From Octopus bimaculoides (Eukaryota), in contig NC_068986.1 in assembly GCF_001194135.2 (NCBI RefSeq), positions 110,282,913-110,333,661 on the forward strand: a stretch of DNA of 50,749 nt. The letters run 5' to 3'. Shown here one piece after another: positions 40,718-50,749 of this stretch (within the stretch, counting starts at the first letter, position 1; every line of letters begins with the position of its first letter). The notes beneath the pieces are model-generated. The model was not told where the DNA came from, made no database searches, and saw only the letters and a program-made list of their open reading frames with translations. The position numbers and the translations under genes were made by a program.

Positions 40718-41378
40718 AAATGTATATATATGTATGTATATATATATATATATATANNNNNNNNNNNNNNNNNNNNNNNNNNNNNNNNNNNNNNNNNNNN
40801 NNNNNNNNNNNNNNNNNNNNNNNNNNNNNNNNNNNNNNNNNNNNNNNNNNNNNNNNNNNNNNNNNNNNNNNNNNNNNNNNNNNNNNNNNNNNNNNNNNNN
40901 NNNNNNNNNNNNNNNNNNNNNNNNNNNNNNNNNNNNNNNNNNNNNNNNNNNNNNNNNNNNNNNNNNNNNNNNNNNNNNNNNNNNNNNNNNNNNNNNNNNN
41001 NNNNNNNNNNNNNNNNNNNNNNNNNNNNNNNNNNNNNNNNNNNNNNNNNNNNNNNNNNNNNNNNNNNNNNNNNNNNNNNNNNNNNNNNNNNNNNNNNNNN
41101 NNNNNNNNNNNNNNNNNNNNNNNNNNNNNNNNNNNNNNNNNNNNNNNNNNNNNNNNNNNNNNNNNNNNNNNNNNNNNNNNNNNNNNNNNNNNNNNNNNNN
41201 NNNNNNNNNNNNNNNNNNNNNNNNNNNNNNNNNNNNNNNNNNNNNNNNNNNNNNNNNNNNNNNNNNNNNNNNNNNNNNNNNNNNNNNNNNNNNNNNNNNA
41301 TATATATATATATATATATACACATATATATTTATTTATATAAACACATATATATGCATATATATGTATATATATATA

Positions 41379-41580
41379 TTCTTGTATTCTTTTATTTGTT
41401 TCAGTCATTTGACTGCGGCCATGCTGTAGCAGCGTCTCTAGTCGAACATCTCGACCCCAGGACTTATTTTTTGTCAGCCTAGTACTTATTCCATCGTAAT
41501 CTTTTGTCGAATCACTAAGTTACAGGGACCTAAACTCACCAAGCTCGGTTGTCAAGCGATGATGGGGAGACAAGCACAGA
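41379..41580 (-). mobile_element. SINE A 3' module
   Basis: TCAGTCATTTGACTGCGGCCATGC...CGACCCCAGGACTTA. Confidence 0.8.
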
Positions 41581-41596
41581 TACACAAATGCATACA

Positions 41597-41630
<34 letters not shown>

Positions 41631-41707
41631 CATTCATACATATATACATGCATAAATGTATATATACATATACATATATACATATATACATATACATATA
41701 CATACAT

Positions 41708-41774
<67 letters not shown>

Positions 41775-44370
41775 NNNNNNNNNNNNNNNNNNNNNNNNNN
41801 NNNNNNNNNNNNNNNNNNNNNNNNNNNNNNNNNNNNNNNNNNNNNNNNNNNNNNNNNNNNNNNNNNNNNNNNNNNNNNNNNNNNNNTATATATATGTATG
41901 TATATATATAGTGATCTATTAAACACACGTAATGGAAATTCAGCAGAGTTGAAAAGCAAATTTGTTGCAGCATACGTTCAGACATAACATTTCTAATAGC
42001 CGTCTTGTGTTTAAATACATTGTATATATCGTTGCGGCTAGTGCAAAAGGTAGATACATTTATTCATTATTTGCGATTAAAATACTCTCCAAAATGTCAG
42101 AGTAATATCACAAATTGACAGATCGGAAGTGATTTTAGGGAAAATAACGTATCGAGTAAACCCCGTATACAAACGTCTATATCATTTAGAAAACAGTGTT
42201 AAAACTAAACTGCTGAGAAAAGTTAAATATACAGTGATATATATTCAGTCTTCTAATATTATAGACGAATCCATCGCAGGATTCTGACACCTGGTTACCG
42301 AATGGATCCAAATAAGTGAGTCAGAACAAGCTCACATTCGAAGTATTAATCATAATTCATAAAAATCAAACCCCTAGCCCATGCTGTCAATACTTCTAGG
42401 ATTCTGTTTCTTTGAATGGTGATACCTGGAAATCAACAATCGAAATTCTGCTCCGCTAACCATGACCATTGATGACAAACGATCAACACTCTGAAACCAT
42501 TAACCTAAACTCCAAAAATAGATTTCCATCTCTTTTCACTCATAAACTCTGTCAATTTGAACCATCTGTGCTCCCTTATTTTCAATTCCTTTCTACTGAA
42601 ATTCCCAGAAAACCTCTTCTTTACTTGAAAAGAGATCTCTTGATGAGGTGCTCCATTCCCAAGCAATTTGTTTATCCTATAATTGGTCCTTAATTTCCAT
42701 AATTATATTCATAATCAAACTCTAAAACCCAATTATGATTTGATCATTTTGACTGTACTTCCGACAACCTTATAAACAACACCAGCAATAATCTAATGAG
42801 AGAGAAATCTACGTGGCTCACACCCTCCTCCTCCTCCTCCTCCTCCTCCTCCTCCTCCTCCTCCTAATCGTCATCATCATCATCATCAACAATAACAGTA
42901 CCAGCAACACTTACCTCGTCCATTCATGTTTGTAAGTGAAACAGGTCAGCTCTCAGGCGATCTCTTGCGCGAGTACCTTCTTGCAATTTCGGTAGTACTC
43001 AAGGTTTATTCAAACTCATCGCAAGATATTTCAGTTCACCTCCCAACTCTGCCGACTCTCTCTGCTTTTACACTGCCTCCGCTTTCTCCATCTTCTACAA
43101 AACTGGCATCAGTGATCATGGGTCTCCATGCCAAAATCGGAAAATACACAAATTTTCTTGGGAAAGATACAGCAATGCTTTGCACTTTCCTGTGCCAGTT
43201 TATTTTCAGCTTAGCCGCCTGCACTACCGTGCTTACACTTGATGCATAAAGTTTATTTTGCCCCTATGTGAAGGAATGGCACGAGTTTCATCAGGGGCCA
43301 AAAGTCCTCCGAGTGCTTTATGCCTCAGTCCCAAAATCGTTTTTCATAATTTGGCACAAATGGAGCCCCACACGGTGTTACCACTCCAAGTCAGAGTAAT
43401 CATGAGGTAAAGCCATGCTCTTCAAATATTCTGAACTGGAGCTTGACCACTGAGTACCATTTAGTGTTTTACTCAGAACAAAAACCATAATGGTTCAAGC
43501 ACCCTACACCATCACGATAGAGGAATCAATCTAAAGTTTACTCTAAGTTCTTTCAGACTCGCAGATATTAGAAAATACCATTAATACCGGAATCGATGTT
43601 CTCCGCTCTGATATGCTTGCAGTATGCCAAATGCTACCTTATATAGTAATTCGTAACACTTGTTTATTTTTAAACATGAGTCCCTCTCCCATTATTCTCC
43701 AAGTCTGTCTGAGTTCTTAATTCTTTTAATTTAAAAAAAAAGAAAGAACATTGTTTGGTAGAAGCAAAAGAACTAGAACCAATGGTGCTAAGCATTTGGT
43801 CCACCGTGCATCTGCCACCTCGGCACCTTCAACGTGGTTTCAGAACATATAACAGTATTTATACTTGTCTCTTCAATTTCAGTCTTGTGCTTCATCGTTT
43901 TTCAAATGTGACAGTGACTGTGTCTTTTTCGTCCATTCACCCAACACATGTCGCATCTTCTTTCTCTCCTGCATTCACCAATTTTCACTATTTACTTGCC
44001 TCCATTATTCTTCATTGCGTATTTGTTCACATACTTTTACTAACCAGCATTTATTTATTCCGTATTGTCAGAAAAGTTACAACTCAAATCTTATAAGTTT
44101 TCTCGTCTTCAAGATCAACCAATTTATTCCACTTTTGAACTGTTTATATTCACTAATTGCCGGCGTAGACCATCAGCTAGTTTGTTCGGCTCCATCTGTT
44201 TACTTTATTCATATATACGTTATTCAATCATTCCTTGATTTGTCTGTTATACTTCCTAGTTTATTAGATTTTTCGTTTTCGTGTTCGGCCGGCTACAAAC
44301 TAGATAACTGCATTGACCTGCTACCTACAGAGTACTATGAGACAGACTAGAATTGTAGAATATATACAGA

Positions 44371-44420
<50 letters not shown>

Positions 44421-44688
44421 NNNNNNNNNNNNNNNNNNNNNNNNNNNNNNNNNNNNNNNNNNNNNNNNNNNNNNNNNNNNNNNNNNNNNNNNNNNNNNNN
44501 NNNNNNNNNNNNNNNNNNNNNNNNNNNNNNNNNNNNNNNNNNNNNNNNNNNNNNNNNNNNNNNNNNNNNNNNNNNNNNNNNNNNNNNNNNNTATATATAT
44601 ATATGTGTGTGTGTGTTTGTGTGTTTGTGTGTGTATGTATATGTATGTATAAATATATATATGTATATATATACATGTATATATATAT

Positions 44689-44725
<37 letters not shown>

Positions 44726-44799
44726 CATATATATGTACATAAACACACTCACACAAACACACACACACACATAGACATACATGCAATCTATACCCTTCT

Positions 44800-44930
44800 C
44801 ATGATCCCTGTTTGTCTTCGATGACGGAATATCTCATACTCTAGGATATCTCAGAAACAACTGTTAGACCTTCTGTCTATAAATGTTTTGAAAACTATTC
44901 ACAACCTTGTATTTTTATTTCATTCTGTTA
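44800..44930 (+). mobile_element. PLE terminal repeat, solo
   Basis: Homologous to the reverse complement of 45440-45560. Confidence 0.65.
44814..44869 (+). ncRNA. Type I hammerhead-like motif, family B, degenerate
   Basis: GTCT-TCGATGA-stem II-GAAAC-AACT-GTT-AGAC. Confidence 0.5.
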
Positions 44931-44939
44931 ATTTATACA

Positions 44940-45064
<125 letters not shown>

Positions 45065-45201
45065 TATGAGAGGTAAAGGTGTTTATAAGACCCAAAGTGG
45101 TCAGGTAATGCCGAGTAGGTTCTCTGGATAGGCCACATTTAATCTCGAGATTTGGTGATTATGCGAATAAGGAGTCCAACGTAGGTTGTATATCAGCATG
45201 T

Positions 45202-45425
45202 GTTATTTCTTTACTACCCACAAGGGGCTACACACAGAGGGGACAAACAAAGACAGACAAACGGATTAAGTCGATTATATCGATCCCAGTGCGTAACTGG
45301 TACTTATTTAATCGACCCCGAACGGATGAAAGGCAAAGTCGACCTCGGCAGGATTTGAACTCAGAACGTAGCGGCAGACGAAATACCGCTAAGCATTTCG
45401 CCCGGCCTGCTAACGTTTCTGCCAG
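45202..45425 (-). mobile_element. SINE family B (Nin-like), well preserved
   Basis: GAGTTCAAATCC B box, GCCGAGGTCGACTTTGCCTTTCATCC, GGTCGATTAAATAAGTACCAG, tail CCCCTTGTGGGTAGTAAAGAAAT. Confidence 0.85.
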
Positions 45426-45439
45426 TATGTATGAAATTG

Positions 45440-46367
45440 TTTTTCTCAGAATGAAATAAAAAACCAAGGCTGTGAAGATTTTAGAACATTTATAAATAGA
45501 AGGTCTTACAGCTGTTTCCAGAATATTTATTATATCCCTTCATCGGAGACGGTGTGAGAAGATGGTTAAGCAATAGTTAATTTAGATAAGATATGAAATA
45601 GTGAAGTGAAGGAATGAAAATAGATGTGAGGTATGTAGGGATATTGCATTTGTAGATCCATTATTTAGGCAGAATGGTATGCATATAAGATTCCTGTACC
45701 TTGTGAGTAACTTCTAATAGTCTTTGAAATTGGTTATTCTAAGTAAAGAGTTTGTACATAGTGCTATTGAATCAAAAGTGACCTAAAAGTAGGGAATCTA
45801 TCTGTAAAGTCAAATCAAAAACAGGAAGAGAGGAATAAAATAAACAAAGAAAAAGGAAAAAAAAAAGGAGAGGGATAATACAGAGATGAAGACAGGGAAA
45901 GTGTACCAGTTAGTGGTCAGTCAAGGTAACTTGAAAGTAGGAGTGGGGAGATTAAGGTGATAGAGAGAGAGAAAGATTTTATAAGGTTATTGGGATTACT
46001 TAAGAGGTATAGTGGAAATATATGGTATGGTTGTTTTGGCATTTGGATTTGTGGTAGAATGTGAATGCGTGAAAAATGCGGTGGTTGCATGTGCTTAGTG
46101 CCTCGTTATGTTTATTTAGCAGTGTTGGAGAGTTGTGCTTTAATATGTGAAACGCCTCCTTCAGGCAAAATTTGCAGGTTGAGCGTTGACCTCGGTAGGG
46201 AAGCCCTGAATCCAGTATGGACCATGATAGAGTATAGGGTATGTTTGTATTTTTGTGATGATGTATGTGGTTGGTGAGTGTTGTAGATTTACTATATTTA
46301 TCGTATCTCAAAAATGGAGGTTCTAAAATCTCCACAGCCTTTGTTTCTTTATTTCATTCTGAAAAAA
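45440..46367 (-). mobile_element. PLE 3' end: GIY-YIG C-terminus, UTR, terminal repeat, with a 48-bp inverted copy at the truncation point
   Basis: KYSKSTTLTNHI...SWSIL...Y....TCKFCLKEAFHIL...LLNKHNE..STCNH (46000-46318); 45440-45487 and 46320-46367 are inverted repeats about 90% identical. Confidence 0.85.
45503..45550 (-). ncRNA. Type I hammerhead-like motif, family B
   Basis: GTCT-CCGATGA-A-GGGATAT/ATATTCT-G-GAAAC-AGCT-GTA-AGAC; palindromic ACAGCTGT stem III. Confidence 0.6.
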
Positions 46368-46390
46368 TTATATATATATATGTATGTATA

Positions 46391-46582
46391 TTCTTTTATT
46401 CTTTTACTTGCTTCAGTCATTTAACTGCGGCCATGCTGGAGCACCGCCTTCAGTCGAACAATTCGACCACAAGACTTATTCTTTGTTAGCCTAATACTTA
46501 TTTTAGCGTAATCTTTTGTCGAACCGCTAAGTTACGGGAACGTACACACACCAGCATCGGTTGTCAAGGGATGTTGTGGGGA

Positions 46583-46644
<62 letters not shown>

Positions 46645-47293
46645 GGACTATCTTCTTTCAGTTTCCGGCCCGAGGTTATAGTAGAAGTTTTTTGCCTAAG
46701 GTGCCATGCAGTGGGACTGAACCCAGAACCATGTAGTTGGTTAGCAAGCTACTTTATTTCATTTTATTTGCCATATTTTGAAAGAAAGGAAACACACAGC
46801 ATCCTTGGCAGGAACAAAATGGGCTACACCGTATTCCAGCCCTGGCTTGAACTGGTACTCCGTTGCAGTCAAATAAACACACAATAATCCTGGTCCGAAA
46901 TCCAGCGACCGAAGTGAGCAAATTAAGAAAGAAAATCTTTAAATGGTTTCTGTTCACTGAACTTGGTTATTTCATAGAAACGCCCACCAGCAGCCAGCCA
47001 CACACACTTTGCCTGGAGCAGAACACAAGTCGATCAAATTTTCTCGAATTTTCGAATTTTCGACACCGCCAAGAGCAAGGGAAATGTCCCAGAACTGGGC
47101 AGAAGATACGGTAAAAATAAAACCTCAATACTTCTACCCAGCTCACAAAAAGCAAATTCAGTTACCCTGACAGAGTTCTCTGTTCCTTAGACGGAGCTAT
47201 GCGTTGCATGTCTATCTTCAATGGTAACCGGGAGTAGACTGCCAGCAAAAACTTGGTAAGCAAGCTACTTACAACACAGCCACTTCTGCGCCT
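46391..47293 (-). mobile_element. SINE family A interrupted in its head by a 498-bp insert
   Basis: SINE sequence stops at 46754 and resumes at 47253 with an 18-bp duplication. Confidence 0.85.
46755..47252. mobile_element. Unclassified insertion with an 18-bp target-site duplication
   Basis: TTGGTTAGCAAGCTACTT (46737-46754) versus TTGGTAAGCAAGCTACTT (47253-47270). Confidence 0.7.
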
Positions 47294-47352
47294 CTATTTA
47301 CATTTATATATATATAGAAACTTCATATATATGTGTGTGTGTATATATATGT

Positions 47353-47419
<67 letters not shown>

Positions 47420-47451
47420 TGTGTGTGTGTGTGTATATATACATATATATA

Positions 47452-47640
47452 TGGGAGAATGTACGAAAACAAACAACTACAGACGAGGACAGGTGGTGTA
47501 AACAACAAAAGGATGTATTAGTATGACGCTCGGGAATACGGAAAGTCTTTAACGTTTCGAGCTACGCTCTTCAACAGAAAGAATACGGAGAAAACACGGA
47601 GAAAAAAAATTGAATGGTGTTTGGTCAACGATCTATCATG
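47452..47640 (-). mobile_element. PLE-type terminal repeat
   Basis: Homologous to 27980-28140. Confidence 0.65.
47546..47582 (-). ncRNA. Minimal type I hammerhead-like motif, family A, best copy
   Basis: TCTTT-CTGTTGA-A-GAGC-GTA-GCTC-GAAAC-GTT-AAAGA; stems I and II pair perfectly. Confidence 0.6.
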
Positions 47641-47744
47641 ACTACTGTCATGGCTTCTGTTGACCGGAAGTTAGAAAGTTTACACAGGAGAGCTAAGAAA
47701 AGGGGGAGATAACAAAGGGGGAGAAAGAATATATATACATATAT

Positions 47745-47805
47745 ACATTCACGGTGGTGCACCAGCATGACCGCAGCCACTTGGCTGAAACACATAAATA
47801 AATAA
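47745..47805 (+). mobile_element. SINE A-type 3' tip (variant)
   Basis: GGTGGTGCACCAGCATGACCGCAGCCACTTGGCTGAAAC. Confidence 0.7.
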
Positions 47806-47811
47806 AAATAT

Positions 47812-47852
<41 letters not shown>

Positions 47853-47904
47853 CACATGTATATATATTTCTGTGTGTGTGTATACATGTATATATAGAAC
47901 ACGG

Positions 47905-48300
47905 ACGCAAGTGTTGTAAAATGTGGTCGCCTAATTGCGGAACATATCCCAATCTGTTGGAGGCATCTCAATTCCATTTCATACGCGGAGCAATATTCAA
48001 AATCAAATCTAACTTCACTTGCATCTCTGAAACCTCATTTACGTAATCAGATGCTCGGGCTGGCATCGAAAGTAAGAGGAAATTCGATGCTAAAGAGATG
48101 TACGGTGCACAAGCAACAAATTTCCTCCCCACAATATCACCAAATATACCTCAATCAGCACATAGACGAATGTGCAGAACTGTCACAACCACAATTCCAA
48201 ATTTTCCCATTTAATCCACTTGCCTTGTGGTCCTTAACACAAGTAAGACTCATTAAAGAAGCCTCATTTATCCAGAAATATAAACCATAATTAGATATGA
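47905..48300 (+). mobile_element. PLE Cys-linker and GIY-YIG endonuclease, degenerate
   Basis: KCGR.NCG, FKIKSNFTC.S.NLIYVIRCSG, VHKQQI..PQY.QI.L.QHID.C, FQIFPF, KEASFIQKYKP. Confidence 0.85.
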
Positions 48301-49454
48301 AACCATATTAAAAATAAAGGACTCAGCCCATCTAATGGAAGATGTAAGCTAGAATAAAAACCGACAACACACAAAAAAACATTACAGATTTACCTCCCCT
48401 TTATTGTAAAATAAAATAGTGAACAATTATCTCCCCTAGCAATATTTCACACCCCCACCAGCAATTTATCTCTTTCAACTCTCAGTTTCATGAGCAATTC
48501 GAAACCGGTCTTTACTTCAATTATGCTAAAAGAACAAAACCTTATTTTGTACAAAATTGTATATCTTTATTTTCATTGTGCTAATATACTCTNNNNNNNN
48601 NNNNNNNNNNNNNNNNNNNNNNNNNNNNNNNNNNNNNNNNNNNNNNNNNNNNNNNNNNNNNNNNNNNNNNNNNNNNNNNNNNNNNNNNNNNNNNNNNNNN
48701 NNNNNNNNNNNNNNNNNNNNNNNNNNNNNNNNNNNNNNNNNNNNNNNNNNNNNNNNNNNNNNNNNNNNNNNNNNNNNNNNNNNNNNNNNNNNNNNNNNNN
48801 NNNNNNNNNNNNNNNNNNNNNNNNNNNNNNNNNNNNNNNNNNNNNNNNNNNNNNNNNNNNNNNNNNNNNNNNNNNNNNNNNNNNNNNNNNNNNNNNNNNN
48901 NNNNNNNNNNNNNNNNATATATATATATATATATACATATATATATGTGTGTGTGTATATATACATATATATATGGGAGAATAGTTAGGAATATTTGTAA
49001 ACAAATGATATAACAAACACATGCTAGAATATACACATTAGCTATTATAAATATACACGAGGTATGCTAGAAGGTATATATATATATATATATACTATGA
49101 AGTAGGTTTTCTGCATGGTAAAGTTAATGCACTTGATAGTATTTTAAAATCTAGTACAAGAACGCGCGTGCCAATTCAAAGAATTTGGTGCAAAAGGTTT
49201 TAAGCGAAGCGTTGTTGCTAAAGAATCAAACATGGTGGTCGGTAGACATAATTGTTGATCCACTTAAGTTATGGTGGTGTTACTGGTGATGGTGCTGGTT
49301 GTGGTAGGAAGACAAAACAAAAAGCAATTCTAAAACAGAGTAAATAATTAAACAAGTTAAAAGAAAGGAAAAGCTAAGCAGGATTTGAAAAATATATTTC
49401 TGTATTCGAATTTTAGGGGAACATCTTTGAATTAGTGCTGATGGAATGTGTATT

Positions 49455-49538
<84 letters not shown>

Positions 49539-50445
49539 ACACACAAGATTGTGTAATATATAGAAACGTGCATAATATATGTATGTATATNNNNNNNNNN
49601 NNNNNNNNNNNNNNNNNNNNNNNNNNNNNNNNNNNNNNNNNNNNNNNNNNNNNNNNNNNNNNNNNNNNNNNNNNNNNNNNNNNNNNNNNNNNNNNNNNNN
49701 NNNNNNNNNNNNNNNNNNNNNNNNNNNNNNNNNNNNNNNNNTATATGCATACATATGTGTACATATATAAATGTATACATATACGTATACACAACCGCAC
49801 ATATATATACCTACATGCATATACATGTATATGCGTATGTATGTATGTATGTGGGTGTGTAATGACGTTAAATCTTTTCGAAATGGTGCCAACGGAATTC
49901 CAGAATCGCTCCACGTTGTTTGCATCCAAAAGTAAAGAAAATACGAACAAAAGATAACACACACACGTATACACACACACACACACACACACAGTCACGA
50001 TCACACACACGCGCACACACGTACACGCGCACGTATACTCTCACATACACCCACAGATAACCAAAACGAAAAAAAATACAATGAAAAAATAAAGCGTAGG
50101 AAAACAACAAATATATACATAATAAAAACATGTAGCGCATATTTAATGATTACATCAAAACTGAAGAATAGCAGAATTACAGAATTTACGAGTAAGGTTT
50201 AGTATCTTAGGCTGAAATGAATAAGCGTTGCTATGGAGGCTGTGCTTAGGTAGACAAGTAGTGAGACGTGATATATATATAAACATTCTTGGCAACAGAC
50301 AGAGATATGGTGTTGAAGTTGTTTCGCGTAGCGGGAGAAAATATCTAATATCTGTTAGTATAACACAATTATCACTAAACGCAAAAAAAGGAGTAATCTG
50401 TGTGGATATATCTGTGTATGTGTGCATATATATTGGTGAGTCTAA

Positions 50446-50481
<36 letters not shown>

Positions 50482-50491
50482 ATGCCTCGAA

Positions 50492-50749
50492 ATGGAGGAG
50501 GCAAATATATTAGAAATTGCTACTGCAGAGGAGAAAAACTGGGAAGGGGGAAAAAAAGTCGAAGTCCTCCTCCACATCACTGAAGAGGAGTGCCAAAAGA
50601 TCCCCACACACATCCAACTGGCAAAGGACCACAAGTTATATGTAGTGGTGGAAGGAAGGCGGCCACGTTGTTATGTATGCGGCAGCGAGGCACACCTCAA
50701 GGATAGTTGCCCAACCGCCGCCAACCAAAAAAAGCAACAAGGGCAACCA
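50492..50749 (+). CDS. gag-like CCHC zinc-knuckle protein, probably LINE (Tx1/L1-type) ORF1; runs off the window and is absent from the ORF track
   Basis: 86 open codons MEEANILE...VVVEGRRPRCYVCGSEAHLKDSCP; exact C-X2-C-X4-H-X4-C at 50669-50710. Confidence 0.75.
   Translation, partial: MEEANILEIATAEEKNWEGGKKVEVLLHITEEECQKIPTHIQLAKDHKLYVVVEGRRPRCYVCGSEAHLKDSCPTAANQKKQQGQP

Noticed and set aside
42900-43260. Strong minus-strand donor GAG/GTAAGT at about 42915 and a possible RTEX-like C-terminus
   Set aside because: No open frame leads into the donor; the LINE similarity is too weak to call
48487-48516. TTCATGAG-CAATTC-GAAACCGGTC downstream of the PLE GIY-YIG
   Set aside because: Position and GAAACCGGTC fit a decayed hammerhead, but two core changes and no stem I; not counted

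Overview
AT-rich eukaryotic genomic DNA, most likely octopus (inferred from the SINE families, the extreme di/tri/tetranucleotide microsatellite load and 12 scaffold gaps, about 3.9 kb of N, mostly at (TA)n). No host protein-coding gene can be named. Nearly every ORF in the supplied track is a microsatellite, gap or strand-bias artefact. The interpretable sequence is a graveyard of mobile elements: R4/Dong-type RLE retrotransposon pieces (6), Penelope-like elements (RT core, two GIY-YIG ends, several terminal-repeat pieces), two CR1-clade LINE fragments, an RTE LINE, Tx1/L1-type ORF1/APE remnants, two Tc1/mariner fragments and two tRNA-derived SINE families. The best hidden signals are: five minimal type I hammerhead-ribozyme motifs in Penelope-type termini, in two families that each share a non-canonical core base; a SINE 3' hairpin with a compensatory change; a 498-bp unclassified insert with an 18-bp target duplication; and a speculative chain of phase-2 exons that may belong to an unidentified plus-strand host gene. 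All assignments come from manual translation and motif recall; no database search was run.
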